Shown here: positions 16,173 through 25,975 of the stretch, piece after piece
Layout of the letters: each line of letters opens with the position of its first letter
How positions within the stretch are numbered: the first letter of the stretch is position 1
Assembly (NCBI GenBank): GCA_049521895.1
Contig: JBEKOJ010000001.1
Location: 226,717 to 290,716, forward strand
From: Candidatus Saccharimonadales bacterium
Lineage (GTDB): Bacteria > Patescibacteriota > Saccharimonadia > Saccharimonadales > UBA10212
Length of the DNA: 64,000 bases
Reading direction: 5' to 3'
Notes under the pieces: model-generated
What the model was told of the DNA's origin: nothing
What the model saw: only the letters and a program-made list of their open reading frames with translations
Database searches by the model: none
Program-made: the position numbers and the translations under genes

Positions 16173-18665
16173 TTATTCAGGGGTGGCGGCGTAGGTTAGT
16201 TCGGGCTCTTTAGCCTTGGTAGCTTTTTTGGTTTTAACCTTGACCACGTCCCCCTTGTGGTAACTTTCGTCCAGCAGGCCGGCGGCAATAGCGTCTTCTA
16301 AGGTTTCCTGCAACAAGCGGCGCATCGGGCGGGCGCCATTAAGCGCATCGTAACCTTTTTCTAACAGATGGTGCTTGGCGTCGGTGCTGACCTGCAGGCC
16401 GATACCTTTTTTGACCAGCCGGGCGCGCAAATCGTCCAGCTGTAGATCCAAAATCTTAAGGGCGTCTTTTTTGGTCAGGGCACGGAACACGATAGTTTTA
16501 TCAATCCGGTTAATAAGCTCCGGGCGCATCATTTTTTTGAGCTCTTCTTGCACCTTACTCTTGTTGGACTCGTGCAGCTCATCCAGGTTGTCTAAATCGG
16601 ACGGTTTCTTGGCAGCAAAGCCAAAGCTGGCTTCTTTTTGCAGTTTCTCAGCGCCGATATTGCTGGTCATGATAACGATGGTGTTAGTAAAGTCGATTTT
16701 GCGCCCCTTGGCATCGGATAGTACGCCGTCTTCCAAGACTTGCAGTAGGGTATTAAAGACCTCAGGGTGGGCTTTTTCTATCTCATCAAACAACACCACG
16801 CTGTAGGGGTGGCGGCGGATTTTATCAGTCAACTGGCCGCCATCATCATAGCCGACATAGCCGGCTGGCGCGCCCACCAGGCGGGCCACCGTGTGGTGCT
16901 CGGCAAACTCAGACATATCAATCTTGACCAAAGCCTCATCGGAGCCAAAAAATTCGCGGGCCAGCACTCGGGCCAGCTCGGTTTTACCGACGCCGGTGGG
17001 ACCCAAGAAAACGAACGAGCCTATCGGCCGTTTTTCGCTAGAAATACCGGAGCGGCTGCGCCGGACAGCGCTAGCGACGGTAGACACGGCCTCGTCCTGG
17101 CCGATAATGTACTTGCCAAGGTTTTTTTCCAGATTAACCAAATACTTAGCCTCGGAGCGGACAACTTTAGTCACCGGTACGCCGGTCATGCGGGCTACAG
17201 TGTCGGCCACATCGTCAGAGGTAATAGTTATGGGCTTGCCAGTCTTGTAGGCAGCTTCCAGCTCTTTGATCTTTTCGGTTATCTGGCTGGCTTGCTGTTT
17301 TTGCTGGGCGGCCTTTTCGTAGTCTTCCGAATCTACGGCATCTTCTATACGGGTGTTTACGAGCTTTAGTTCTTTTTGCAGTTGGCGCAGTTCGGGTGGT
17401 GTTTTACCTTTGTTGACCCGTAGGTAAGCTGATGTTTCGTCCATCAAGTCAATTGCTTTGTCAGGCATATAGCGGTCGTTGATGTAGCGGTGGGCAAACT
17501 GCACGGTATCGGCTAGCACATCGTCGCTGACTTTCACGCCATGGAAATCTTCATAATGCGACCTTAGGCCTTTTAGGATGGCCAGTGTCTCCGGCATGGT
17601 GGCTTCGGGCACTTGCACCGGCTGGAAACGGCGCTCCAAGGCGGCGTCTTTTTCTACGTAACGGGTATATTCATCGGTAGTTGTAGCGCCAATCATATGG
17701 ATCTTACCGCGCGCCAAGGAGGGTTTTAAGATATTGCCGGCATCCATGCTGCCCTCGGCCGCGCCGGCGCCAACTATTAGGTGTAACTCATCGATAAAGA
17801 CGATGACATTTTTGTCTCGCTCCAACTCAGCAATGACCTTTTTGAGGCGGTCTTCAAACTCGCCGCGGTATTTGGTACCAGCAATCATACCGGCCAAATC
17901 CAGCATTATAATTCGCTTATCGAGGAGGCTGTCGGGCACTTCTTCATTAACAATCCTCTGGGCAATGCCCTCCACGATGGCGGTTTTGCCGACGCCCGGC
18001 TCGCCAATAAGTACCGGGTTGTTTTTAGTGCGGCGGTTAAGGATGGTGATTACGCGGCGGATTTGTGCTTCGCGGCCGACCACCGGATCCAGCTTGCCGG
18101 CTTTGGCCAGTTCGGTCATATCAGTACCAAAAAATTCCAGCGCGGTTTGTTTGCTAGTCTTACCACGAGTGCGGTTAGGGGTTGTGCTGCTCTCTTCGTA
18201 TTGCTGGCGGTTCAGGAATTGTTCCACTTCGCTACTAAGTACATCAGTATTGACGCTCATATCGCGCAGCAGCGTTGTGGCGCGGGCGTTTTTTTGGCTT
18301 AAGATGCTATATAAAATGTGTTCTGTACCGCAATAATCCTGGCCAAACTCTTGGGCTATCTCCCAAGCCATTTTGAGGGTAAGTTTAGCCGTTTCTGACA
18401 GGCCTTTACCGCCCATATTAATAACTAGCGTTTTAGGCGTGAGATTAAGCGCCAAGCGGGCCCGATCCAGCGTAATTCCAGCACCCTCTAAAATTTTAGC
18501 GCCCATGGAACCTTCTTGCGCCAACACGCCAAGCAGTAAGTGCTCGGTACCAATATAGGTACTGCCGCTGGCACGCGAAATGGCGTCGGCGTGCTTCAGA
18601 CTCTGTAGCGCGTTGTTGGTCAGATGATTTAAGAACTCTTGGAAATCTGGGCTATTTGGCATCAT
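16173..18665 (-). CDS. clpC: ATP-dependent Clp protease ATP-binding subunit ClpC
   Basis: 830 aa with an N-terminal Clp_N repeat pair, two AAA+ modules (GEPGVGKT and GPTGVGKT) and a short UVR-like middle motif. This is ClpC-type rather than ClpB-type. Confidence 0.9.
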   Translation of the reverse strand: MMPNSPDFQEFLNHLTNNALQSLKHADAISRASGSTYIGTEHLLLGVLAQEGSMGAKILEGAGITLDRARLALNLTPKTLVINMGGKGLSETAKLTLKMAWEIAQEFGQDYCGTEHILYSILSQKNARATTLLRDMSVNTDVLSSEVEQFLNRQQYEESSTTPNRTRGKTSKQTALEFFGTDMTELAKAGKLDPVVGREAQIRRVITILNRRTKNNPVLIGEPGVGKTAIVEGIAQRIVNEEVPDSLLDKRIIMLDLAGMIAGTKYRGEFEDRLKKVIAELERDKNVIVFIDELHLIVGAGAAEGSMDAGNILKPSLARGKIHMIGATTTDEYTRYVEKDAALERRFQPVQVPEATMPETLAILKGLRSHYEDFHGVKVSDDVLADTVQFAHRYINDRYMPDKAIDLMDETSAYLRVNKGKTPPELRQLQKELKLVNTRIEDAVDSEDYEKAAQQKQQASQITEKIKELEAAYKTGKPITITSDDVADTVARMTGVPVTKVVRSEAKYLVNLEKNLGKYIIGQDEAVSTVASAVRRSRSGISSEKRPIGSFVFLGPTGVGKTELARVLAREFFGSDEALVKIDMSEFAEHHTVARLVGAPAGYVGYDDGGQLTDKIRRHPYSVVLFDEIEKAHPEVFNTLLQVLEDGVLSDAKGRKIDFTNTIVIMTSNIGAEKLQKEASFGFAAKKPSDLDNLDELHESNKSKVQEELKKMMRPELINRIDKTIVFRALTKKDALKILDLQLDDLRARLVKKGIGLQVSTDAKHHLLEKGYDALNGARPMRRLLQETLEDAIAAGLLDESYHKGDVVKVKTKKATKAKEPELTYAATPE

Positions 18666-18782
18666 TGAAAAAAATTGTTCTCCAATTTTTTTAGTGTGTA
18701 GTTGATAGTTTTTAGTTAGTGGTTTTTGGGCTTGTTATTCACTACAAATTAAGCACTATCAACTATTTAATGATAGCATGGA

Positions 18783-18809
18783 TTAGCACTCTCGTGTCAA
18801 GAGTGCTAA
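18783..18809. promoter_or_regulatory. CIRCE operator (HrcA binding site), perfect consensus
   Basis: TTAGCACTC-TCGTGTCAA-GAGTGCTAA matches TTAGCACTC-N9-GAGTGCTAA exactly. It lies 118 nt upstream of the clpC start. TTGACC..TAATAC hexamers sit immediately upstream on the minus strand. Confidence 0.8.
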
Positions 18810-18815
18810 TTTGTA

Positions 18816-19100
18816 TTACTTACTCCCATTTCGGGTCAAAAGGTACATGGATGCTGCCCAGCTGGATTGAAAACGGGCAGAAAAAAGCGTATCGCGAGCA
18901 GACTGTAGATAAATATTTCTTTCCAGTTCAGAATAGTTACCGTTAGTGGTGATATCTAAAATTGCGCCTTTGGCTGCTCGCCAGACCCTACGATGGTGCA
19001 AAAAATTTTCCCTCCAGTCAGTATCCGGGAAAGCGTCTACTAGCCAGTCTAGTATCTGTCCGCCTTGAGGAATCTCGCCTGATTGCTCTGATAGGCTCAT
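18816..19100 (-). CDS. hypothetical protein
   Basis: 94-aa ORF directly downstream of nusA. No motif was recognised. Confidence 0.4.
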   Translation of the reverse strand: MSLSEQSGEIPQGGQILDWLVDAFPDTDWRENFLHHRRVWRAAKGAILDITTNGNYSELERNIYLQSARDTLFSARFQSSWAASMYLLTRNGSK

Positions 19101-19108
19101 AGTAAAAA

Positions 19109-20419
19109 CTACTTTTTAGACGCTTCTGGCTTCTGGCCTTCTTCGGTACCGAGTTCTTCGATGGCTTTGAGGAGTGAATCCTCCAGTTCGGACTTCTTCT
19201 TAAGTTTTTGCACTACCGGTTTGGATTCAATCTGCTCGGCAGATTGCCCCGTAGGATTGACCTTAGATTCCACTGGGGTTGCTGCCGCTTTAGCTTCTGG
19301 CGCGGCCTCTTTAGTTCCAGCCTCCGGCTCGGCCGCTTTAGCGGCCCTCTTACCTTGCTCGCCTTCTACATCCAACTCGTAGCCGGTTAATTTGCCGGCT
19401 AGGCGGACGTTTTGGCCGGACTTGCCAATAGCAATGCTCAATTGGTCTTCGGCCACAATGACGCTAGCTTTTTGGCCGCCTTTATCTATCTTTACGCGCT
19501 CGACGTTGGCTGGCTTCATGGCGTTGGCAATAAAAGTAGCCGGGTCCCCGTCCCAGACCACGATATCGATCATTTCCTGATTGCCAATCTCGTCGCGGAC
19601 AGCATTAATGCGCGTGCCGTGGCCGCCGACAAAAGTCCCCACCGGGTCAACGCCTTGCACATTGCTGGTGACAGCAATCTTAGAACGCACGCCGGCTTCA
19701 CGGGCAATTTCTTTGATCTCGACGGCATCGTTGTCCATCTCCGGTACCTCACTACGGAAGAGCTGCTCGATGAATTCTTTGCAGCCGCGGCTGACAATCA
19801 ATTGCGGGCCGCGGAAACTTTTTTCGACGTCTTTTAGAAACAGCTTTAAGCGCTGTCCAGGATAATAACGCTCGCCCTGGATTTGCTCGCCCAAAGGCAT
19901 AATACCTTGCGCCCGTCCTAGCTCAACCCGCACTAAGCGGCCTTCTACGCGGGTGACAATACCATTAACGACGGTGCCGATTTTATCTTCGAATTCAGCC
20001 AACACAATTTCGCGCTCGGCCTCGCGCAAACGCTGCAGGATAACCTGCTTGGCAGTCTGGGCGGCTACGCGGCCGAAATCCTCGATCTTTTGCACCATCT
20101 CCACGGTCTCACCGGCTTTGGCATTTTTGCGCATGACTTTGGCCTCAGCCAAGCTGATTTGCAAGTTGGGGTCTTGTGCCTCATCCACGATTTCTTTGGT
20201 CACATAGGCGGTAACTTCACCAGTATTTAGGTTCATGGTTACGCGCACTTCTTGCTCCCGGTCGCCATAATCACGGCGCCATGCGGCAGCTAGGGCTTGC
20301 TGTACGATATCCTGCACCTGTTCTTCAGGCAGGTTTTTTTCTTCGGCGATTAGCCTTATTGCGACTGCTAGTTGTTTAAAATCCATTTCCACGAGTTTTC
20401 TCCTTTCAGTCGAAAACAA
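19109..20419 (-). CDS. nusA: transcription termination/antitermination factor NusA
   Basis: 436 aa with an N-terminal domain, S1 and two KH domains (GxxG: IGKSGQNV), plus an Ala/Lys/Glu-rich tail. The likely start is at 20392 (GTG) or 20386 (ATG), with AAGGAG upstream. Confidence 0.9.
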   Translation of the reverse strand: MFSTERRKLVEMDFKQLAVAIRLIAEEKNLPEEQVQDIVQQALAAAWRRDYGDREQEVRVTMNLNTGEVTAYVTKEIVDEAQDPNLQISLAEAKVMRKNAKAGETVEMVQKIEDFGRVAAQTAKQVILQRLREAEREIVLAEFEDKIGTVVNGIVTRVEGRLVRVELGRAQGIMPLGEQIQGERYYPGQRLKLFLKDVEKSFRGPQLIVSRGCKEFIEQLFRSEVPEMDNDAVEIKEIAREAGVRSKIAVTSNVQGVDPVGTFVGGHGTRINAVRDEIGNQEMIDIVVWDGDPATFIANAMKPANVERVKIDKGGQKASVIVAEDQLSIAIGKSGQNVRLAGKLTGYELDVEGEQGKRAAKAAEPEAGTKEAAPEAKAAATPVESKVNPTGQSAEQIESKPVVQKLKKKSELEDSLLKAIEELGTEEGQKPEASKK

Positions 20420-20460
20420 TGTTCAATGATCAATGCTCAATAGGTAAGTGTCTATTTACT

Positions 20461-20486
20461 AAAAAATCCGACCTTTTGCGGCCGGA
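20461..20486 (-). terminator. rho-independent terminator after yraN
   Basis: On the minus strand the sequence is UCCGGCC-GCAAAA-GGUCGGA followed by UUUUUU. Confidence 0.7.
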
Positions 20487-20534
20487 CGATTACTCCGTAA
20501 TTATATCAAAAAATGGTCCAAGTGCAAGCGTAGT

Positions 20535-20882
20535 TTACTCCAGCTCAATAATTTCTTCAATGATGTAGTCCAGGCCGTTGGTGGTGACGCTGGCAGCCAG
20601 CAGCCGGTAGTCGCCGCCCCAGCCATTTTGCTGGTTCCAGATACTAGCCGCGAAGTGGAGTTGGCGAAGTTTTTGCGCCGTGATGTAGTCCAGGCCTACA
20701 CCTTGGCTGTCGCCACTGCGGTATTTTACTTCCACAAAGTAAATAATCCCGTTCTTCCTAGCAACAACATCAATCTCGCAAACCTTAGTTTTCCAGTTTT
20801 GGGTGATAATTTCGTAGCCTTCACACGCCAGTCGTTCGGCGACAGCGGTCTCGGCCTGCTTGCCGCGAATGGTTGTTTTCAA
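20535..20882 (-). CDS. yraN: YraN family (UPF0102) endonuclease-like protein
   Basis: 115 aa with the EIDVVA...FVEVK pattern of UPF0102. It overlaps the rnhB stop. Confidence 0.8.
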   Translation of the reverse strand: MKTTIRGKQAETAVAERLACEGYEIITQNWKTKVCEIDVVARKNGIIYFVEVKYRSGDSQGVGLDYITAQKLRQLHFAASIWNQQNGWGGDYRLLAASVTTNGLDYIIEEIIELE

Positions 20883-21448
20883 TTCTGAGCCTCGGCTAAA
20901 ATTTGTAGTGGCTTAAAACTCATGCGGTGGACGCCCTCTAAAATACCGTGCTGCTCAATCGCCAGCTTGTGGGCGGCCGTACCATAGCCAACATGATTCT
21001 CGAAACCATATGCCGGATAGCGCTTTTTGAGCTTGCCCATATAGCTATCCCGGCGAACTTTAGCAAAAATTCCGGCGGCCGACACAAGCGGGATTAGCAC
21101 GTCGGCGTCAACCAGACACTTAACATTACTAAAGTGCGCCGGTACGTAATTTACCTTGCCATCCATAATAATTTCTTCGTCAATTTGGGCTTTGAGCATC
21201 CTTAGCGCTCTGGCTATGCCTAATCGTAGCGCGATTGCTAAGCCCCGGCTATCTATTTCCGCGACGTTTACCCAGCCCTCGCCAAATTCACAACAACTAC
21301 TTAACGTGTTAAGTATTTGCTGTCTTTGCAACTTGGTCATAAGTTTGGAATCTTTGAGCCCAAGCGGCAAGTCAGCTTTGGCCCGCACTGCTACTACCAG
21401 CAGTGGGCCAGCCCAACAACCCCGCCCCACTTCATCTACCCCTATCAT
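20879..21448 (-). CDS. rnhB: ribonuclease HII
   Basis: 189 aa starting MIGVDEVGRGCWAGPL, with DSK and a later D residue, matching the RNase HII pattern. Confidence 0.9.
   Translation of the reverse strand: MIGVDEVGRGCWAGPLLVVAVRAKADLPLGLKDSKLMTKLQRQQILNTLSSCCEFGEGWVNVAEIDSRGLAIALRLGIARALRMLKAQIDEEIIMDGKVNYVPAHFSNVKCLVDADVLIPLVSAAGIFAKVRRDSYMGKLKKRYPAYGFENHVGYGTAAHKLAIEQHGILEGVHRMSFKPLQILAEAQN
21298..21315. repeat. iterated palindrome copy (TACTTAAC-GT-GTTAAGTA)
   Basis: Perfect 8-bp arms inside rnhB, reading CTT AAC ACG TTA AGT = LNTLS. Confidence 0.7.
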
Positions 21449-21499
21449 AAGTCTAATGCTTGCTCATTTATCACTGCTGGGCTTATTATATCCAACATT

Positions 21500-21964
21500 G
21501 TGGTGTTTGTTATAAGACCCGGCGAATCGCTATACGATCAGCGATGGCAGCCAGAGCAATTGGACGGTGCTTTAACCGAACAAGATTTTGCGCGCGGCCA
21601 GCAGTTTGTGGATGCCGCTATACTGCTGAGTGAATCCTTAAAAGACTCTAGCGATAGACGCCTTTTCAAGCTTAGCCATAGTTTAAGCCAGGGCGTTATG
21701 GTTGTTGTACCATCCGCACCTATCAGAAAAGTTGTTAGAGGTACCGCGTTTAGCGAGAGGGTTGTACGCCCGGAAGAATCATTAGAAGTTGGGGCTGTCC
21801 CAATTAGATATTTCGAGCTCACTATAGGTAGTGATGGTCAACCCGCGCTCAAAGGTACGAGCCCGGAATATGATAGCCCATACAACTATCATATGGTGGA
21901 GGATTATTATCTCAACCCTTTGGAGCATAGACTGGCAATCTGTGTTCAGTCAAAAGAAGCTTAA
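21500..21964 (+). CDS. hypothetical protein (start uncertain)
   Basis: The tracked ORF 21317..21964 overlaps the rnhB 5' end. There is no ATG after the overlap, so a GTG at 21500 is proposed. No motif was recognised. Confidence 0.35.
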   Translation: MVFVIRPGESLYDQRWQPEQLDGALTEQDFARGQQFVDAAILLSESLKDSSDRRLFKLSHSLSQGVMVVVPSAPIRKVVRGTAFSERVVRPEESLEVGAVPIRYFELTIGSDGQPALKGTSPEYDSPYNYHMVEDYYLNPLEHRLAICVQSKEA

Positions 21965-21971
21965 CTTCTGA

Positions 21972-22559
21972 TTATTCTTTGTTTTGCTCAGCGGCTGGGC
22001 TTTTGGCCTCGGCGCGTTCGACGGGCTGTTTTTCTAGTTTTTCGGCTTCGGATTTTGGCGCTTCAGTAGTGGCGGCCTTGGCTTCGGCCTCCTCGGCGGC
22101 TTTTTCGGCCTTGGCGGCCTCCGGGTCATAAGATTCTACCTGCTCTTCGCGGATCTTGGCTTCCTCGGCCTCAGCAGTTTCGTCACGGATGGCATTAACC
22201 GCCTCCCTGTCAAAATCGGTGCCGCTCAGACGGGTACTTTTGCCGGTTAGTCCGCGCATATAAGTCAGGTAGTTGCGGCGGACCTTGCTGCGCTTGGTCA
22301 CCTCTACTTTAAGAATACTGGGCGAGTGGACTAAAAACGTTTTTTCTACGCCCACGCCGCTGGCAATGCGCCTGACCGTAATGCTACTAGTTAGGCTGTT
22401 CTTGCGGCTGACACGGATTACCAAGCCCTCAAAAATCTGCACGCGCTCTTTGTTACCTTCGCGGACTTTTTGGTGCACGCGGGCATTGTCGCCGGGCCGC
22501 ACATCAACTACGGCACTTTTCTTCTGCTGAGCCTCAATTTTCTGAATAACACTCTCCAT
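21972..22559 (-). CDS. rplS: 50S ribosomal protein L19 with an acidic/Ala-Lys-rich C-terminal tail
   Basis: The N-terminal 115 aa match the L19 pattern (RPGD.V.V...EG.KERVQ.FEG.VI). About 80 aa of low-complexity tail follows. Confidence 0.95.
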   Translation of the reverse strand: MESVIQKIEAQQKKSAVVDVRPGDNARVHQKVREGNKERVQIFEGLVIRVSRKNSLTSSITVRRIASGVGVEKTFLVHSPSILKVEVTKRSKVRRNYLTYMRGLTGKSTRLSGTDFDREAVNAIRDETAEAEEAKIREEQVESYDPEAAKAEKAAEEAEAKAATTEAPKSEAEKLEKQPVERAEAKSPAAEQNKE

Positions 22560-22602
22560 AAGTTCTATACATCCTACACTAAAATGACCTCTGTTTCAAG
22601 CA

Positions 22603-22731
22603 CTAAATCCTAAACCCGAAATTCTAAACAATATCGAAATCCCAAGGTCCCAAACCTTAAACTCGTTTGGATTATTGTGATTTAGAATTTGTAATTTGTT
22701 TCGTATTTAAATATTCGTGCTTAGGATTTTT
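22603..22731. repeat. AT-rich imperfect inverted repeat
   Basis: Left-arm words AAATCCTAA, GAAATTCTAAAC and CCAAAC pair with GTTTGG, GATTTAGAATTT and TTAGGATTT in the right arm. A related word set lies at 24385-24435 on the other side of pilB. Confidence 0.35.
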
Positions 22732-24379
22732 AACCTACTACTCTGTAAACTTCTTCAAGGGTTGTAATACCGGCAATGGCTTTTAGGATACCGTCGTGGA
22801 GCATAGTACGCATACCTTCTTCCACAGCCTTGGCTTCCAACATTTCGGTAGTGATTTGGTTGGGCGGTAATTTCAAGATTTGCTGGACACCTAGCGTCAT
22901 CCGTAACTGTTCGCGCACTGCCAACTGGCCACTGTAGCCAAAAGGGTTTTGCTCGGAACTGCCAGCTTTATATAGCGTAATCTGGTTGATATCCGGCCTT
23001 TGGATAGACGGCGGAAAAGTATCGATAATACTTTGTAGTTGTTTTTTTAGGGCTTCGTCCGGCTGATAAGCTTGTTTACTGGCGTCATCCAAGCGACGTA
23101 CCAGGCGTTGAGCCATCACCAAATGCATGGCATTCGCGAACAACGGATTAATACCTACCATGTCCAGCATGCGTGTCAATGCCGCCGAGGCACTACTGGC
23201 GTGAAAGGTGCTCAGCACCAAGTGCCCAGTTAGCGCTCCCTGCAAGGCAGTTTTAGCAGTATCTTGATCGCGGATTTCGCCAACCATGACTACATCTGGG
23301 TCAAGCCTCAGTACGGCCCGTAATTTTTCGGCAAAATCGTGGCTCTCAAGCTGGCCGACTACGGGAATCTGTACCACGCCTGGTAAATCGTATTCTACGG
23401 GATCCTCTAGGGTAATTATTTTACGCTCCGGCGTATTGAGGGTACTGATAATCGAATAAAGAGTCGTCGTTTTACCCGAACCGGTAGGCCCGACAATCAT
23501 TACCATACCAGTCGGATGCTTAATGACATCTTGGACAACAGTCAGTTCTTGCTGGCTTAGGCCCAGATTCTCCAACCTAAACATCTCCATGCGCATATTG
23601 AAAAGACGCATCACGGCATCCATACCGTAAACTGTCGGGACAGTCTCCACGCGCAAATTAATAGTCACGTTCTCGCCGGTAGTCATTTTATAGCTGCGGC
23701 TAATGTGGCCAGTCTGGGCATCGGTAGCGTTGGTCGAAACGTTAGCGGCGCTGGCCAAGGCGGCCACGAGATGGCGGTACTTTTCCTGGCTCATAGTCGC
23801 TACCGGATGCAGTACGCCATCCACCCTGAAACGAACGCGCACCTTGTCACGCTGATTTTCCAAATGGATATCACTAGCCTTCAAGCCGTAGGCTTGCTGC
23901 ACCAGATAGGCCAGCACGTCGTCCGGGCGTACTTGATCCAGCGTGGCGCTAACAGCGGCAACCATTTTTTCGGCGTCAGAACCGGCACTGAATGATATGT
24001 CCTGGTATTCCACCTGCTTGGGCGGATCATAAAGTTTCATGTACTCGCCATAGCCGGTCTCCGAGATGATAGAAAACTTTAAGCGCTGATCCGTAAAACG
24101 GTTGCGCAGTTGGTTGATTGTTTGTTGGGCGGTGGTGGTAGTTATACCAAATTGGATATTATGCTCATCTGCTACTAAGGGCACCACTTTAAGGCTGTAT
24201 AACTCCGGTACCGACAGTATGGTCCTGAACAGTTGTTTTTGGATCTGGCTAGTATCAACATAGTCAAGCCCCAGAACGCCGGCGCGGCGCTGGGTTACCA
24301 GCTCTTCATTGACACGGGCTACTTCGGGCATATAAATCATTATAAGCTTACGCTTATAAAAACTCGAGATTCTAAGCAC
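22730..24379 (-). CDS. pilB: type IV pilus assembly ATPase PilB / GspE family
   Basis: 549 aa with Walker A GPTGSGKTTT and the Asp/His boxes (RLDPDVVMVGEIRD, LTGHLVLSTFH). The true start is probably MPEVARV near 24331. Confidence 0.9.
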   Translation of the reverse strand: MLRISSFYKRKLIMIYMPEVARVNEELVTQRRAGVLGLDYVDTSQIQKQLFRTILSVPELYSLKVVPLVADEHNIQFGITTTTAQQTINQLRNRFTDQRLKFSIISETGYGEYMKLYDPPKQVEYQDISFSAGSDAEKMVAAVSATLDQVRPDDVLAYLVQQAYGLKASDIHLENQRDKVRVRFRVDGVLHPVATMSQEKYRHLVAALASAANVSTNATDAQTGHISRSYKMTTGENVTINLRVETVPTVYGMDAVMRLFNMRMEMFRLENLGLSQQELTVVQDVIKHPTGMVMIVGPTGSGKTTTLYSIISTLNTPERKIITLEDPVEYDLPGVVQIPVVGQLESHDFAEKLRAVLRLDPDVVMVGEIRDQDTAKTALQGALTGHLVLSTFHASSASAALTRMLDMVGINPLFANAMHLVMAQRLVRRLDDASKQAYQPDEALKKQLQSIIDTFPPSIQRPDINQITLYKAGSSEQNPFGYSGQLAVREQLRMTLGVQQILKLPPNQITTEMLEAKAVEEGMRTMLHDGILKAIAGITTLEEVYRVVG

Positions 24380-24441
24380 AAAACCCTCGAGAAATTAGGT
24401 TTCGAATTTAGATATTTGGATTTAGTATCTACAATTAAGAC

Positions 24442-24939
24442 ATGCCGCGCATCATCCTAATCATTCATAATGTACGTTCAGCCTATAATGTTGGCAGCTT
24501 GCTTAGGACAGCCGACGCCTTAGGGATTAGTAAGGTTTACTTTTCTGGTTTCAGCCCTTATCCGGAAGCTCCTCGCGACAGGCGCTTACCGCACGTCCGG
24601 GCCCGTGCCACTAGCCAAATACATAAAACCGCTTTGGGTGCAGAGAAAATGCTCGCGTGGCAGTATGTAACTGATATTTCCAGTCTGCTCCAACGACTCG
24701 GTAGAAAAAATTATTTGGTCGCCGCCCTGGAGCAATCGCCCAAAAGCCAGACTTTGCAGAGCTATCGGACCGAGCGGGATGTTGCATTAATCTTAGGCAA
24801 TGAAGTGACCGGCTTGGAAGCCGATGTTCTTAAGCACGCCGATGTGTACTTGGAAATACCCATGTTGGGCAACAAGGAATCGCTTAACGTGGTGGTGGCT
24901 GCTGGCATAGCCCTGTATCACCTACGCTACCACGCATAA
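24442..24939 (+). CDS. SpoU/TrmH family RNA 2'-O-methyltransferase
   Basis: 165 aa with IHNVRSAYNVGSLLRTADA, ILGNEVTGL and SLNVVVAAGIALY (SPOUT knot motifs). Confidence 0.8.
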   Translation: MPRIILIIHNVRSAYNVGSLLRTADALGISKVYFSGFSPYPEAPRDRRLPHVRARATSQIHKTALGAEKMLAWQYVTDISSLLQRLGRKNYLVAALEQSPKSQTLQSYRTERDVALILGNEVTGLEADVLKHADVYLEIPMLGNKESLNVVVAAGIALYHLRYHA

Positions 24940-24985
24940 AGCATCTGGACAAAGTGCTAATGTTAGTTTAAAATTTTGCTTGTAA

Positions 24986-25975
24986 ATGACCGCTAAAATA
25001 AAAATTCGTGCGCGTTCAGTTCATAGCAGCCACCGACATCGCCCAAAAGGTGTTAGTAGACGTGCTTTCGAAAAAGTCTACTGGCCATATATACCGGTAG
25101 TGTTGATCATCGGATTATTGTTATCTTTCAGCGGTCAGAGCGGTGCCTTACAAGCGGCGTTTGCCCGCCATAATGGCCGAGTTCTGGCCTACGCCACCAG
25201 CATGAGTATAAACGGCCTGTTGGCCGACACCAATATAGCACGGGCAGATAATGGCGTAGGTAGTTTAAACCTCAATGGCAAATTAGATGCGGCCGCGCAG
25301 GCCCAAGCCAATGACATGGTGGCGCGTAATTATTGGAGTCACAATACGCCGGAGGGTGGCCCGCCATGGACATGGGTGACTGACCAAGGCTATGTCTACC
25401 TGGCGCTTGGCCAAAACTTAGCTGCTGGCTTTAATGATGAACAATCTACTATAAATGGCTGGCTTGCCAGCTCGCTGCACCGCGAAAACATGCTCAACCC
25501 GATATATAGCGATGTAGGTTTTGGTTTCGCCAATAATCCTAACTACACCTCCGCGGGTGGCGGTCCGATGACCATCGTAGTAACTTTTTATGGCGAGCCA
25601 ACCTCAGTAGCAACCGCAGTGGCCGCTTCAACTCCTTCAAATTCTTCTACGAGCAGTCCAAGTACAACGTCGTCTAAGGCAGCAGCATCCGCGACAGTTC
25701 AAACACCGGCATCAGGCATGGCGTTAGCTTATCGAACCTCCAGAGCCAACCTGGCTTTTGCCAAATTGCCATTTGCCAGTTTTGCTACCGGTCTAGCAAC
25801 GTTTGGTGTAATCGCAGCCGTTGGATTCTGGCTGAGTCGCCACCTGCTTAAGCTGCGGCGAGCCCTCACCCACAGTGAAGCTTACATTTTTAACCACCCG
25901 TTGATGGATGTTGGGTTGCTGATAATTGCAGCCTTGTCTTATTTACTGAGCCAGACCGCCGGCTTTATCCAGTAA
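24986..25975 (+). CDS. CAP/SCP (PR-1-like) domain protein, membrane-anchored
   Basis: 329 aa with YWSHNTPEG and HRENML typical of CAP domains. It also has an N-terminal TM segment, a Ser/Thr-rich linker and two C-terminal TM segments. Confidence 0.75.
   Translation: MTAKIKIRARSVHSSHRHRPKGVSRRAFEKVYWPYIPVVLIIGLLLSFSGQSGALQAAFARHNGRVLAYATSMSINGLLADTNIARADNGVGSLNLNGKLDAAAQAQANDMVARNYWSHNTPEGGPPWTWVTDQGYVYLALGQNLAAGFNDEQSTINGWLASSLHRENMLNPIYSDVGFGFANNPNYTSAGGGPMTIVVTFYGEPTSVATAVAASTPSNSSTSSPSTTSSKAAASATVQTPASGMALAYRTSRANLAFAKLPFASFATGLATFGVIAAVGFWLSRHLLKLRRALTHSEAYIFNHPLMDVGLLIIAALSYLLSQTAGFIQ

Noticed and set aside
18826-18846. A CtsR-like box (GGTCAAA AGGTACA) upstream of clpC.
   Set aside because: The second heptad is poor and the spacing is wrong for the RGTCAAA-NAN-RGTCAAA consensus. 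The perfect CIRCE nearby is the credible operator.
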